Shown here: positions 1 through 9,645 of the stretch, piece after piece
How the letters are laid out: the number at the start of each line of letters is the position of its first letter
Numbering within the stretch: position 1 is the stretch's first letter
Assembly (NCBI GenBank): GCA_029548865.1
Contig: JAKPMO010000004.1
Location: forward strand, 172,747-236,746
Length of the DNA: 64,000 nucleotides
Reading direction: 5' to 3'
From: Caldisericota bacterium
Lineage (GTDB): Bacteria > Caldisericota > Caldisericia > JAAYUI01
Program-made: the position numbers and the translations under genes
The notes under the pieces: generated by a model
Databases searched by the model: none
Seen by the model: only the letters and a program-made list of their open reading frames with translations
What the model was told of the DNA's origin: nothing

Positions 1-1103
1 GTTTTGCTCAATCCCTTGAAGTGGTTTAGGGTTGTTCCACCTCTTCTTATTTTTACAACCTTAATTACGGAGAACACTGCGATGTTCATGAGCGCATAGG
101 CGGTAACATACATAAGTATGCCCCTGGCACCCTCTGACCTGATTGCTGCTTCAGGAGAGAATGCTATTACAACAATGCCTATGAGCATGTAACCTATCTG
201 CGCAATCGAGCTGTAGGCCATAATCCTTTTTACTTCAGTCTGCCAGATCGCAGTGAGGTTACCATATGTCATGGAGAGTGCCGAGATGGCAGCTATTGAC
301 CATTTTACCAGATTGGTGAAATTGTCGCTTGCCGCTGGGTTGATGCCCATTGATATAAATCTTGAAAGAACTATCAAGGCACCAATTTTTGGGGCAACAG
401 AAATGAATGCAGTTGATATTGGCGGTGAACCTTCGTAAACATCCGGGGCCCAGAAATGAAACGGAACTGCCGCTATTTTGAAAGAAAGGCCTGCGAGTAC
501 AAATATGAACCCGACCATTTCAAGCGGAGTGCCCTTTATGCTGTTGAAAAGCTCTACAAAGCTGAATGTACCTGCTGTTGTGTAGATGAGGGATATTCCA
601 TAGATCGTCATTGCAGATGCAAATGCGCCAAGCAGGAAGTATTTTACGACGGCCTCTTTTGATTTGGGATCGTGTGATTTCAGGCCTGCCAGCATGTATA
701 GGGGTATTGAAGACAGCTCTATTCCCAAATAGAGCGAGAGCATGTGTGACGACTGGACCAGGAGCATCAAGCCGGTGACGGAGATGAGCATGAGGAATAC
801 GAATTCTCCCTGGCGCTTTGAGGCATCGTTGAACATGTCAAGCGAGGAGAGCAGTATTGGCACGGAGATGACCAGAAGCAGTCCCCTGGCAAAATTGGAG
901 AAATCATTTTGCACAAAAAGGTTGCCTGCTGGTTCCCTGATTCCTGGAACAGTCTGCATGACAATAAACGAAACCACGACAGTCAGGATAGCCAACAAGC
1001 CAAGCATATACTTCCTTAGCGGAAACTTGAATACCGACAGGAGTAGTATTATGCAGGCCCCAACAAGAAGGACCATCTCTGGATAAAATGAAGCAAAGTT
1101 CAT
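1..1103 (-). CDS. nuoN: NADH-quinone oxidoreductase subunit N (3' end runs off window)
   Basis: Not in ORF track. Manual translation: ATG at 1103 with AGGAG SD; motifs EAVVKYFLLGAFASA and FKIAAVPFHFWAPDVYEGSP; follows nuoM. Confidence 0.95.
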   Translation of the reverse strand, partial: MNFASFYPEMVLLVGACIILLLSVFKFPLRKYMLGLLAILTVVVSFIVMQTVPGIREPAGNLFVQNDFSNFARGLLLVISVPILLSSLDMFNDASKRQGEFVFLMLISVTGLMLLVQSSHMLSLYLGIELSSIPLYMLAGLKSHDPKSKEAVVKYFLLGAFASAMTIYGISLIYTTAGTFSFVELFNSIKGTPLEMVGFIFVLAGLSFKIAAVPFHFWAPDVYEGSPPISTAFISVAPKIGALIVLSRFISMGINPAASDNFTNLVKWSIAAISALSMTYGNLTAIWQTEVKRIMAYSSIAQIGYMLIGIVVIAFSPEAAIRSEGARGILMYVTAYALMNIAVFSVIKVVKIRRGGTTLNHFKGLSK

Positions 1104-1112
1104 CTCGTCTCC

Positions 1113-2603
1113 TTAAACTATTGGAAGTGTTGGCAGTGTGGTGATTGCATGTTGTATCATATTGAGGAGCGGCATCGGGAATATTCCAATGAAGAATATG
1201 AATCCAAGAAGCGGGGTTGCGGCGAAAAATTCCCTGAAGCTTGCGTCCCTGAGCTCCTTGAAATGCGGGTCTGCAACAGTGCCGAACAACACTCTTTGCA
1301 TCATCCAGAGCATGACACCACCGTTTATGATCATTCCAACAACGGAGACCCAGGCCCACCAGTTGACTGCCTGATATGCCGCAGTCATTGAAAGGAACTC
1401 ACTGACAAAACCAGCAAGAGCTGGCAAACCGATTGATGCAAATGATGCGATGATGAGCATTATCGAGATGATTGGAATGATTGATGCCATTCCCGGGAGC
1501 TTTGCAATTTCCCTTGTGTGGGTTCTGTCATAGATGTAGCCGACCAAAAGGAAGAGGAGGCCTGTTGTGATGCCGTGGTTGAACATTACAAGCACGGCCC
1601 CCTGGAGAGCAGCCACAGCACCTGTTTTGAGGAATGCCGCTACAGCCAGGAGAACAAAGCCCATGTGGTTCACTGAAGTGTATGCAACAAGTTTTTTGAG
1701 GTCTTTCTGGACAAGCGAACAGAATGCTCCGTAAACAATGCCTATTACTCCAAGAATACCGATGATGTCTGCCCACCATGTTGCAGCATACGGCATGATA
1801 CCTACTCCGATACGGATGAGGCCGTAGCCTCCCATTTTAAGCAGGACGCCTGCAAGGAGGATTGATATTGGGGCCGGTGCTTCGACGTGTGCATCAGGAA
1901 GCCAGGTATGGAATGGGAAAGACGGTACCTTGATTGCGAAACCGAGGAAGAGTGCTCCAAACACTGGGAGTCCAAGGGCCCACCCTCTCAGGTTGGCACT
2001 TGTCTCGATCAACTGTGGTATCGAGAAGGTGTTTTGCCCGGAAGCAAAATATATTGCAAGCACACCGACCAGCATGAACAGGGAGCCAACCAAAGTGTAG
2101 ATGAAGAACTTGATCGATGCGTAGAGCTTTCTGGGGCCACCCCAGATACCGATCAGGAAGTACATCGGTACAAGCACAAGTTCCCAGAACACATAGAAAA
2201 GCACCAGGTCAAGCGAAACAAAGACGCCTATAAGACCGGTTTCAAGAAGCAGGAACAGTGAATAGTACTCCTTGTTTCTGTGGTCGATGTTGAACGATGC
2301 AAGACAGGCAACAAAGGAAAGGAGGGTTGTGAGGAAGAGCATGAGCATTGACATGCCATCGACACCAAAGAAGTAGGTAATGCCAACACTTTCAACCCAT
2401 GGCACCTTGTCGATCAGCTGGAAACCAGGAACTGAAGTTTTAAACTGTGTCCAGATGAATATGGAAATGATTAGGTTGGCTACTGTAAAGCCAAGAGCGG
2501 TCCATTTGATCCAGCCTGCCCATTTTTTCGGGAAGAGCAGAAGCAAGAGCGAACCGAGGAGCGGAAGAAACGTTACGATTGTAAGCAATCCATTGAATTC
2601 CAT
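1113..2603 (-). CDS. nuoM: NADH-quinone oxidoreductase subunit M
   Basis: FWELVLVP, AIKVPSFPFHTWLPDAHVEAP, LLKMGGYG, FVSEF motifs; AGGAGG SD. Confidence 0.97.
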   Translation of the reverse strand: MEFNGLLTIVTFLPLLGSLLLLLFPKKWAGWIKWTALGFTVANLIISIFIWTQFKTSVPGFQLIDKVPWVESVGITYFFGVDGMSMLMLFLTTLLSFVACLASFNIDHRNKEYYSLFLLLETGLIGVFVSLDLVLFYVFWELVLVPMYFLIGIWGGPRKLYASIKFFIYTLVGSLFMLVGVLAIYFASGQNTFSIPQLIETSANLRGWALGLPVFGALFLGFAIKVPSFPFHTWLPDAHVEAPAPISILLAGVLLKMGGYGLIRIGVGIMPYAATWWADIIGILGVIGIVYGAFCSLVQKDLKKLVAYTSVNHMGFVLLAVAAFLKTGAVAALQGAVLVMFNHGITTGLLFLLVGYIYDRTHTREIAKLPGMASIIPIISIMLIIASFASIGLPALAGFVSEFLSMTAAYQAVNWWAWVSVVGMIINGGVMLWMMQRVLFGTVADPHFKELRDASFREFFAATPLLGFIFFIGIFPMPLLNMIQHAITTLPTLPIV

Positions 2604-2612
2604 TCATTCCTC

Positions 2613-4676
2613 CTAATTTAGGACGGCAAACCATGCCACAAGTATCAATACCAGTGCTATTGAGGCAAACATTATTGTCGCGTAGTTTGGAAGGTAGCCG
2701 GTTTGCACCTTCCTGACCTTTGAGCCAATGAATCCAGTCAACGCAGCAACGCCATTGACGGCACCATCTATGACATTTTCATCAAACCATTTGACAAGTT
2801 CTGACACCTTGACGGTCAGATACCCTACCAGGTTGACCAGACCGTCAACTATTCCGGCATCGAACCAATAAACGATGTTGCCAAGAACAACCGAGAGCCA
2901 TGCCATTCCATTGACTGCCCCGTCAATGACTGTCCGATCAAACCAGTGGCAAAATTCACTCACATAGAAAAGCGGCTTCACTGCGATGAAAGTCCAGGCC
3001 TCATCAATAAACCACTTATTCTTGAAAAAGAGGTAAAGTGGTTTGAGGACCCTTATGAGTGTTTCTTTTTTGAACCAGCCCCAGGCGTAGATTGCGAGCC
3101 CAAGGAAGATGCCTGCAAGAACAAGCCCTGTGGAGCCAAAAATGAGCGTCCAGTTGACTGCTTCGGATTCGAACTCATGGAAGAATATAAACCTCTGGAA
3201 GAGTTCACCAAAGAACGGTGCCCCGACGAAGCCTATCACCACTGAAAGCACGGCCAGTATTATTAGCGGAAGGGTTGTCTTCCACGAGGCTTCGTGGACA
3301 TGGTTTTCTTTTCTGGGTTTTCCAAAGAAGGTCAGCCAGACACATCTTGTCATGTAGTATGGGGTGAGGAAGGCGGTTATCAGTGCGAGGATAAGCGGTA
3401 TGGTCGAGTGGGTTGCCTCTGCCCCGACAAGTATTGCGTCTTTACTCCAAAACCCGGCAAACGGGAAGAGTCCCGCAAGGGCAAGCGATCCAAGTATGAA
3501 AGTCCACGCGGTGATGGGCATTTTTTTGAACAGTCCGCCCATTTCATGCATGTTTTGGGTATGTGTTGCGTGAATGACCGAGCCTGAGCCAAGGAAGAGC
3601 AAACCTTTGAACATTGCGTGGGTCATGAGGTGGAAGAGTGCAGCAGTGTAGCCAAATTTGCCGAAACCCAGCGCCATTACCATGTAACCCAGTTGACTGA
3701 TGGTTGAATAGGCAAGAACCTTTTTGATGTCATCCTGCACCGTGGCTATTGTTGCAGCAAAAATTGCCGTGAAAGAGCCAACATAAGTGACGACCTTCAA
3801 AGCAATCCCACTGGAATCAAGTGTGAACAGCCCCATACACCTTGCAACAAGATATATACCGGCCGCGACCATAGTTGCGGCATGGATAAGCGCAGAAACT
3901 GGTGTCGGGCCTTCCATGGCGTTGGGGAGCCAGACGTGGAGCGGGAACTGGGCAGATTTGCCCATTGCGCCCATAAAAATCAGGAGTGGTATTATTATGA
4001 GAAGAGCAGGGGCGAGTGATGCAATTGCAGATGGCAGGGCCTCAAGGTTGAGCGTATGAGGGTTTGAGAGTATGAGGCACATTATTATGCCTGTGAAGAG
4101 GCCAATATCTCCAACTTTTGTAACAAAAAAAGCCTTCTTTGCGGCCTGGTATGCGGACCTCTTGTGGAACCAGAAGCCTATGAGAAGATATGAACAGAGA
4201 CCAACCAACTCCCAAAAAGCAAAGAGCTGGAGAAGGTTTGATGCGGTAACTACGCCGAGCATTGCAGTCGTGAAGAGCTGGAGTTCGGCATAGAACCTTG
4301 CAATTCCAGGATCACCGTGCATGTAGTCCTGGGAGAACAGGTGCACAAGGAACGATACCAGCGTGACCACACAAAGCATCATTGCACAGAGCTGGTCGAC
4401 CCTAAACCCGAAATCAAGCGTCAGGTTGCCAGACTGGAGCCAGACAAAGCTGACTGTTGGTGCTGGCCCGTTTGCGATAACGAGTCCAAGCACCACAATC
4501 GAGGTTATCAATGAAATAAAGATGCTTATTGTTGCGAGCTTTGGTCCCCACTCCTTTGCTATTTTTCCGCAGAGGCCAACAATGATGAATCCCAGAAGTG
4601 GAAAGGCCATCGTTAAAACAGCGAGGATCGAGGTGAGGGTCCAGGAACCGGCAAGGGAAGCTACAGTGTGTTCCAT
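2613..4676 (-). CDS. nuoL: NADH-quinone oxidoreductase subunit L with elongated lateral helix
   Basis: FWELVGLCSYLLIGFW, MGKSAQFPLHVWLP, IHAATMV, FWSKD; start placed at ATG 4676 behind AGGAGG. Confidence 0.97.
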   Translation of the reverse strand: MEHTVASLAGSWTLTSILAVLTMAFPLLGFIIVGLCGKIAKEWGPKLATISIFISLITSIVVLGLVIANGPAPTVSFVWLQSGNLTLDFGFRVDQLCAMMLCVVTLVSFLVHLFSQDYMHGDPGIARFYAELQLFTTAMLGVVTASNLLQLFAFWELVGLCSYLLIGFWFHKRSAYQAAKKAFFVTKVGDIGLFTGIIMCLILSNPHTLNLEALPSAIASLAPALLIIIPLLIFMGAMGKSAQFPLHVWLPNAMEGPTPVSALIHAATMVAAGIYLVARCMGLFTLDSSGIALKVVTYVGSFTAIFAATIATVQDDIKKVLAYSTISQLGYMVMALGFGKFGYTAALFHLMTHAMFKGLLFLGSGSVIHATHTQNMHEMGGLFKKMPITAWTFILGSLALAGLFPFAGFWSKDAILVGAEATHSTIPLILALITAFLTPYYMTRCVWLTFFGKPRKENHVHEASWKTTLPLIILAVLSVVIGFVGAPFFGELFQRFIFFHEFESEAVNWTLIFGSTGLVLAGIFLGLAIYAWGWFKKETLIRVLKPLYLFFKNKWFIDEAWTFIAVKPLFYVSEFCHWFDRTVIDGAVNGMAWLSVVLGNIVYWFDAGIVDGLVNLVGYLTVKVSELVKWFDENVIDGAVNGVAALTGFIGSKVRKVQTGYLPNYATIMFASIALVLILVAWFAVLN
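2712..2945 (-). repeat. Three tandem 26-codon repeats (WFDxx(V/I)(I/V)DGxVN...) inside nuoL
   Basis: Trp codons at 2945, 2867 and 2789, exactly 78 nt apart. Confidence 0.93.
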
Positions 4677-4684
4677 TGTCCCTC

Positions 4685-4984
4685 CTACCACTTGAGCAGG
4701 CTGAACTGCTCGAGAGTTACCCAGCCCTTTGCCCTGTACATTGCCACAATTGCACCGAGTCCGACAATGGTTTCAGCTGCTGCAATTGCTATGGCAAACA
4801 CGACCATTGACTGCGCCATGCCTGGATCGGGGAGCTGGCTTGCCGTAGCGATGAAGGTGAGGTTGGCCCCATTGAGCATCAACTCAATGCACATAAGTAT
4901 CCTGATGGCGTTTCTCAGGGTGAGGGCGCCGAGGACACCAAAGCTGAATATTGCAGCACCAAGGATAAGCAAGAGGTAGTTCAT
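4685..4984 (-). CDS. nuoK: NADH-quinone oxidoreductase subunit K
   Basis: RNAIRILMCIELMLNG, AAAETIVGL; 3 TM; operon position. Confidence 0.95.
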   Translation of the reverse strand: MNYLLLILGAAIFSFGVLGALTLRNAIRILMCIELMLNGANLTFIATASQLPDPGMAQSMVVFAIAIAAAETIVGLGAIVAMYRAKGWVTLEQFSLLKW

Positions 4985-5526
4985 ACCTCGTCCTCCTTTT
5001 TCTTTGCCATCTCTATTCCGCCAACAACAGCCGCAAGCAGAAGGAAAGAGGCCATTTCAACAGGCACCATGTAAGGTGTGGAAGCATTGTCTGAATAAAG
5101 TGCGTCACCAACTGCCATCAATGATGTTTTTGGTGGGAGGGCCATTTGTCCCTGGAAGTTAGTTGTTAACTGGCTTTCCGAGGTGTTCATGATGAAGAAG
5201 GAGATTGCACCAAAGAGCGCAAGGGCGACAAAAACACCAAGGACGGCTTGGCGGTTCAGGTGGCTCATCTGCTTTCCAGAGACATCATGCGTGAACATGA
5301 TCGAGAACAGGATGAGTATGGCTATAGCGCCAACGTAGATGGCTATCTGTGCTGCAGCGATAAAATCGGCATGCAACCCTACATAGATTGCCGCAATTGA
5401 CAGGAGGCAACCAATCAGACATATGGCCGCATGGACAATATTTTTTACAGTTACAGTTAGGGCCGCAAAGACAAGTGCGGGGAAGGCGAGTGCCATGTAA
5501 AGAGCCTGTGACATTGTTACATTCAC
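4981..5526 (-). CDS. nuoJ: NADH-quinone oxidoreductase subunit J
   Basis: NIVHAA..L, AQIAIYVGAIAILILF; operon position. Confidence 0.95.
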   Translation of the reverse strand: MNVTMSQALYMALAFPALVFAALTVTVKNIVHAAICLIGCLLSIAAIYVGLHADFIAAAQIAIYVGAIAILILFSIMFTHDVSGKQMSHLNRQAVLGVFVALALFGAISFFIMNTSESQLTTNFQGQMALPPKTSLMAVGDALYSDNASTPYMVPVEMASFLLLAAVVGGIEMAKKKEDEV

Positions 5527-5939
5527 TGTGCACCCCCAAACGGAAGAAGGAGCTCTTCTTTCTCGTGTATCATCCCTTCCCTTGTGTATGAGGAAAGCTC
5601 ATATTTGTGACCAACCTGCAGTGCACCAAACGGGCAAACCTCGACGCATATCCCACAGAATATACACTGCTGGACATTTACACTGTACTTAACCGGGAAA
5701 GGCGTGTTGTCTTCCCTTTTGCCTTTTTCAATGGTGATCGCGTGTGTTGGGCAATTGTTTGCGCAAATTCCGCAGGCGGTGCATTTTTCCCTGCCGTTTT
5801 CATCGCGGACCATTCTCATCAGGGCAAAAAACCTTGGCACCATCGCCTGCTTTTGCTTTGGGTAGCGGAGCGTTATTTTGACCCTGAATATATTTTTAAA
5901 AGTGACCCAGAGAGAGCTTGCTATTCCTGTTCCGTACAT
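5523..5939 (-). CDS. nuoI: NADH-quinone oxidoreductase subunit I (2x[4Fe-4S])
   Basis: CTACGICANNCP and CIFCGICVEVCP. Confidence 0.96.
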   Translation of the reverse strand: MYGTGIASSLWVTFKNIFRVKITLRYPKQKQAMVPRFFALMRMVRDENGREKCTACGICANNCPTHAITIEKGKREDNTPFPVKYSVNVQQCIFCGICVEVCPFGALQVGHKYELSSYTREGMIHEKEELLLPFGGAQ

Positions 5940-5946
5940 GATCACC

Positions 5947-6966
5947 TCATTTCACAAAAACCTTGAGCCAGTTTTCATTTAAAACAACATATGCGGTCAA
6001 GATTATATTGACGAGAGAGAGCGGTAGCATGACTTTCCATGCCATGTTCATGAGCTGGTCAGCCCTGACCCTTGGCAGCGACCTGGAGAACCAGAGGATG
6101 AAACCAACCATAGCAAAGGACTTCAGGAGGAACCAGAACAGTGAAGACAGACCCCATGGAAGGAACTCTGGGCCTGAACCCCCACCAAGATAGAGCGCAG
6201 TAATGATTGCTGAAGTCACAAAGAGATATGTGTATTCTGCAAAGAAAAAGAACGCAAACCTGATGCCGGAGAATTCAACGTTATATCCGGCCACAAGCTC
6301 CGATTCACCTTCTGCAAGGTCAAATGGTATCCTGAATATCTCAGCAAGTGAAGAAACGAAAAATACCAGGAAACCAATGAATTGTGGGGCGATAAACCAA
6401 ACTCTTTGTATCGAAGAGATGTGATATACATTCATACTGCCGGCGAGCATTACCACTGCGATAATCGCCAGTGTTTTTGGGATTTCATAGCTGATTTCCT
6501 GGGCAGCAGTCCTGACAGCACCGAGGAGCGAGAACTTGTTTCCGGATGACCACCCGCCAAGGATTATGCCGATGACAGACAGCGCCATGACGGCCGAGAT
6601 CATCAGAACACCGATTTCAGTGTCCGCGGCAACAAGCTTTATTCCGCCAACAAGTCCAAACGGAATGAAGGCAAAGGTGATAAAAGATGGGGTGAATGCT
6701 ATGAGGGCAGAGTATGAATAGAAAAATTTGTCAGCTGCCTTTGGGATAACATCACCTTTTGTCAGAAGCTTTATCATGTCGGCGAAAGGCTGGAAGAGAC
6801 CCCATGGCCCAACTTCCATCGGGCCAAGTCGCTGGTGCATCCAGCCAAGCAGTTTTCTTTCGGCAAGGGTCAGAAGTAGTGCATTTACCATTACGAACCC
6901 GAAAATGCCTAGCGATATTGCTACCTGGATAAGTGCTACAATCAGATATGGGACGAAGTTTTCCAT
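5947..6966 (-). CDS. nuoH: NADH-quinone oxidoreductase subunit H
   Basis: ERKLLGWMHQRLGP, QPFADMIKL, PFDLAEGESELVAG; start placed at MENFV. Confidence 0.96.
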   Translation of the reverse strand: MENFVPYLIVALIQVAISLGIFGFVMVNALLLTLAERKLLGWMHQRLGPMEVGPWGLFQPFADMIKLLTKGDVIPKAADKFFYSYSALIAFTPSFITFAFIPFGLVGGIKLVAADTEIGVLMISAVMALSVIGIILGGWSSGNKFSLLGAVRTAAQEISYEIPKTLAIIAVVMLAGSMNVYHISSIQRVWFIAPQFIGFLVFFVSSLAEIFRIPFDLAEGESELVAGYNVEFSGIRFAFFFFAEYTYLFVTSAIITALYLGGGSGPEFLPWGLSSLFWFLLKSFAMVGFILWFSRSLPRVRADQLMNMAWKVMLPLSLVNIILTAYVVLNENWLKVFVK

Positions 6967-6970
6967 TTTG

Positions 6971-8077
6971 TCACCTGTCCGAATCGCCCATTGTTGGCGC
7001 CAGCGATGCAAATGCGGCGACGACATCAGGCATGGAGATATTTTGGGCAATATGTGGGAACGACATCAGATTGCTGAAGCTTGGTGAACGGAGTTTTACT
7101 CTATATGGCTTTGAAGAGCCATCAGAAACAAGGTAAACGCCAAATTCACCGATTGGAGCTTCAACCCTGCAGTATATTTCACCGGCCGGGGGCTTGATCA
7201 CCTTTGGCACTTTGGCCATTACAGGCCCTTCCGGAAGGTTTGGCATTATCTGCTCGATGATCCTAACGGACTGCTCTATCTCCTTGAATCTCACCAGGAA
7301 GCGTCCGTATGAATCGCATGTATTTTCACTTATTACATCAAAATCCAGCGTGGGGTATATCTCGTATGGCTCGTCTTTCCTGAGGTCCCTTGCAATGCCA
7401 CAACCCCTGAGGGTAGGCCCCATGCAGGAGAGCTTGAGGGCAGTTTCGGGTTTCAGGATTCCTATGTTTTTTGTCCTTGCCTGGAATATCTCGTTTTTAT
7501 GGAGCATTGAAGCGTATTCTGGGAGTCTGTCTTTGAAGTAGTGAATGAACCTGTCGAGTTTTGAGAGGTATCCTTCTGGAAGGTCGAACTTGACGCCGCC
7601 GAACCTGAAGTAGTTGAAGGTCATCCTTGATCCGGAAACCTCTGCCATCAGCTCCAGGATGTACTCCCTTTCCCTGAGGCAGTAGACCATCGGGGTCATC
7701 GATGCCAGGTCGAGTCCCTGCGCGCCAACGTTTACAAGGTGCGCCGCAATGCGGTTAAGTTCCATCATCAGGACTCTTATGTATTGTGCCCTGATTGGCA
7801 CCTCGATCCCCATGAGTTTTTCAACGGCCTTTACATAGGGATACTCATTGAGGAAACCAGAGATGTAATCAAGCCTGTCTAGATAAGGAATAAATTGTTG
7901 GTAAGTCAGTCTTTCGGCAATCTTTTCTATTCCCCTGTGGAGATAGCCAAGCACTGGTTTGCACCCGACCACAATTTCACCGTCAAGGGTGAGGACTGCT
8001 CTAAAAACACCGTGAGTGGCAGGGTGCTGGGGGCCAAAGTTCACTTCAAGCAGGTCAGTTCTGATTTTTTCTTCCAT
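6971..8077 (-). CDS. nuoD: NADH-quinone oxidoreductase subunit D
   Basis: NFGPQHPATHGV, GYLHRGIEK, RLDY; no NiFe-binding CxxC motifs. Confidence 0.96.
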   Translation of the reverse strand: MEEKIRTDLLEVNFGPQHPATHGVFRAVLTLDGEIVVGCKPVLGYLHRGIEKIAERLTYQQFIPYLDRLDYISGFLNEYPYVKAVEKLMGIEVPIRAQYIRVLMMELNRIAAHLVNVGAQGLDLASMTPMVYCLREREYILELMAEVSGSRMTFNYFRFGGVKFDLPEGYLSKLDRFIHYFKDRLPEYASMLHKNEIFQARTKNIGILKPETALKLSCMGPTLRGCGIARDLRKDEPYEIYPTLDFDVISENTCDSYGRFLVRFKEIEQSVRIIEQIMPNLPEGPVMAKVPKVIKPPAGEIYCRVEAPIGEFGVYLVSDGSSKPYRVKLRSPSFSNLMSFPHIAQNISMPDVVAAFASLAPTMGDSDR

Positions 8078-8086
8078 TTTCCCTCC

Positions 8087-8518
8087 TCAGTCAGTATCTG
8101 TGAAATCTTTGCGGAGAGGATGCCCTGTGAAATTCTCCGGTGTTATTATTCTTTGGAGGTTTGGATGGCCCTCAAACACTATTCCAAACATGTCATAGAC
8201 TTCGCGTTCCAGCCAATCTGCCGCTTCCCAGTCAGGCGTCAGGCTCTTGATTTTTGGGTCCTGTGCAAGCAGTGGAGCGAAAATAAAGACCCTTTCCTTG
8301 GTTTCCCAGTTGTCCAGCATGTAGACCATTTCAAAACCATTGTCTTTGCATTTTGCGGTCAACATCGAGAGGATACTGAAACCAGATTCGCGGAGCTTCA
8401 GGCATGTCTCGGCCGCCTTTGAGCTGTCTACATTGATCATCAGGGCTGTTTCTGGGGCAGGCATTGGAGAGAGGTCAATACCAAATTTTTGCTTTGCAAT
8501 GTCTTTGGAGGTGCTCAT
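8087..8518 (-). CDS. nuoC: NADH-quinone oxidoreductase subunit C (short form)
   Basis: [26 protein letters not shown]. Confidence 0.95.
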   Translation of the reverse strand: MSTSKDIAKQKFGIDLSPMPAPETALMINVDSSKAAETCLKLRESGFSILSMLTAKCKDNGFEMVYMLDNWETKERVFIFAPLLAQDPKIKSLTPDWEAADWLEREVYDMFGIVFEGHPNLQRIITPENFTGHPLRKDFTDTD

Positions 8519-9018
8519 GGTTGCCTCCCAAGATTGGCTCTTTCTTTCATGATTTTTTTCTCAAGCTCAAGAATGGCAAACTGGAGGGCCTCTGGCCTTG
8601 GTGGACACCCTGGGACATACACATCGACAGGAATTATCTTGTCGACGCCTTTAACTACGGAATAACTGTCAATGAAAGGCCCGCCAGAACAGGCGCAGGC
8701 ACCCATTGCAATGACCCACTTCGGGTTGGGGATCTGCTCATAAAGGAGTCTTGTAGGTTCTGCCATCTTTTTTGTTACAGTTCCTGCAACGATCATGACA
8801 TCGCACTGTCTTGGAGTTGGTCTGAAGAAGCAGCCATGCCTGTCGAAGTCGTATCTTGGCATCCATGCCTGCATCATTTCGAATGCGCAGCAGGCTGTTG
8901 CGTAAGTGAGTGGCCAAAGGGAATTCTTTCTGGCCCAGCCCACCAGCCAGTCCAGTGGTGCAAGAAGAACAGTTGATTTTTCAAGTTCTGTTGGTGCAGG
9001 TGTTTGTGTCAATCCCAT
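8515..9018 (-). CDS. nuoB: NADH-quinone oxidoreductase subunit B
   Basis: [27 protein letters not shown] (N2 cluster ligands). Confidence 0.96.
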   Translation of the reverse strand: MGLTQTPAPTELEKSTVLLAPLDWLVGWARKNSLWPLTYATACCAFEMMQAWMPRYDFDRHGCFFRPTPRQCDVMIVAGTVTKKMAEPTRLLYEQIPNPKWVIAMGACACSGGPFIDSYSVVKGVDKIIPVDVYVPGCPPRPEALQFAILELEKKIMKERANLGRQP

Positions 9019-9377
9019 TTCAACAGCCCCCTTCCCCAAGCATAGAAATATCCAACGAGGAGTATCGCTATGAAGAGTGTTACTTCAAAAATGGCGTAAG
9101 TTCCGAGTTCTTTTACTTTTACGGCCCATGGGTAGAGAAAAACAGCTTCCACATCAAATGCGACGAATATCAATGCAAAAACGATATACCTGATGTTGAA
9201 TTTTATTTTTGAATCTGTCTTTGGCGGTATTCCGCACTCGTAGGACGTTGTTGCGAGGTCACTATCGATTCTCTTTGGTCTTAATGCAAAGGCGAGGAAG
9301 AATGCTATAAGACCCATGGCCAGACCAACCAGGGCGAAGATGCCCACAAACAGGTAACCGAAAGAATAATCGTTCAA
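9009..9377 (-). CDS. nuoA: NADH-quinone oxidoreductase subunit A
   Basis: [22 protein letters not shown] start with GGAGGT SD. Confidence 0.95.
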   Translation of the reverse strand: MNDYSFGYLFVGIFALVGLAMGLIAFFLAFALRPKRIDSDLATTSYECGIPPKTDSKIKFNIRYIVFALIFVAFDVEAVFLYPWAVKVKELGTYAIFEVTLFIAILLVGYFYAWGRGLLKWD

Positions 9378-9409
9378 AGCTTACCTCCAAAAGTTGCACA
9401 CTTTTGCAA

Positions 9410-9437
9410 ATTATATAAGCGTAAACACGATAAGCAA
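9410..9437 (-). promoter_or_regulatory. Sigma70-type promoter of nuo operon
   Basis: TTGCTT-16nt-TATAAT on minus strand, 33 nt upstream of nuoA start. Confidence 0.6.
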
Positions 9438-9562
9438 TGTCTTTACAGTGAGCATAGACAACACACTTTATAAAAAAGTTACACCGTAAGAACAAAGAAG
9501 AATAAATTAAGGATGGGCAAAAACTTATGTTTTATAAAACCAGAAAATAACCTCGATTTAAA

Positions 9563-9580
9563 AAGTTAATAAATTCACAA
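9563..9580. promoter_or_regulatory. Rex-like operator upstream of nuo operon
   Basis: Minus strand TTGTGAA-TTTA-TTAACTT versus Rex consensus TTGTGAA-N4-TTCACAA. Confidence 0.45.
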
Positions 9581-9645
9581 ATTGTGTTAAGAATGAATTT
9601 TTTGTGAAATTGCCTTGGATGTTGGTTTATTGGGCTAAAACTACC

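Noticed and set aside
6971..9018. Group 4 NiFe hydrogenase or Mbx/Mbs instead of complex I
   Set aside because: The large subunit has neither CxxC motif (RLDYIS; C-terminus MGDSDR) and the gene order is nuo-type
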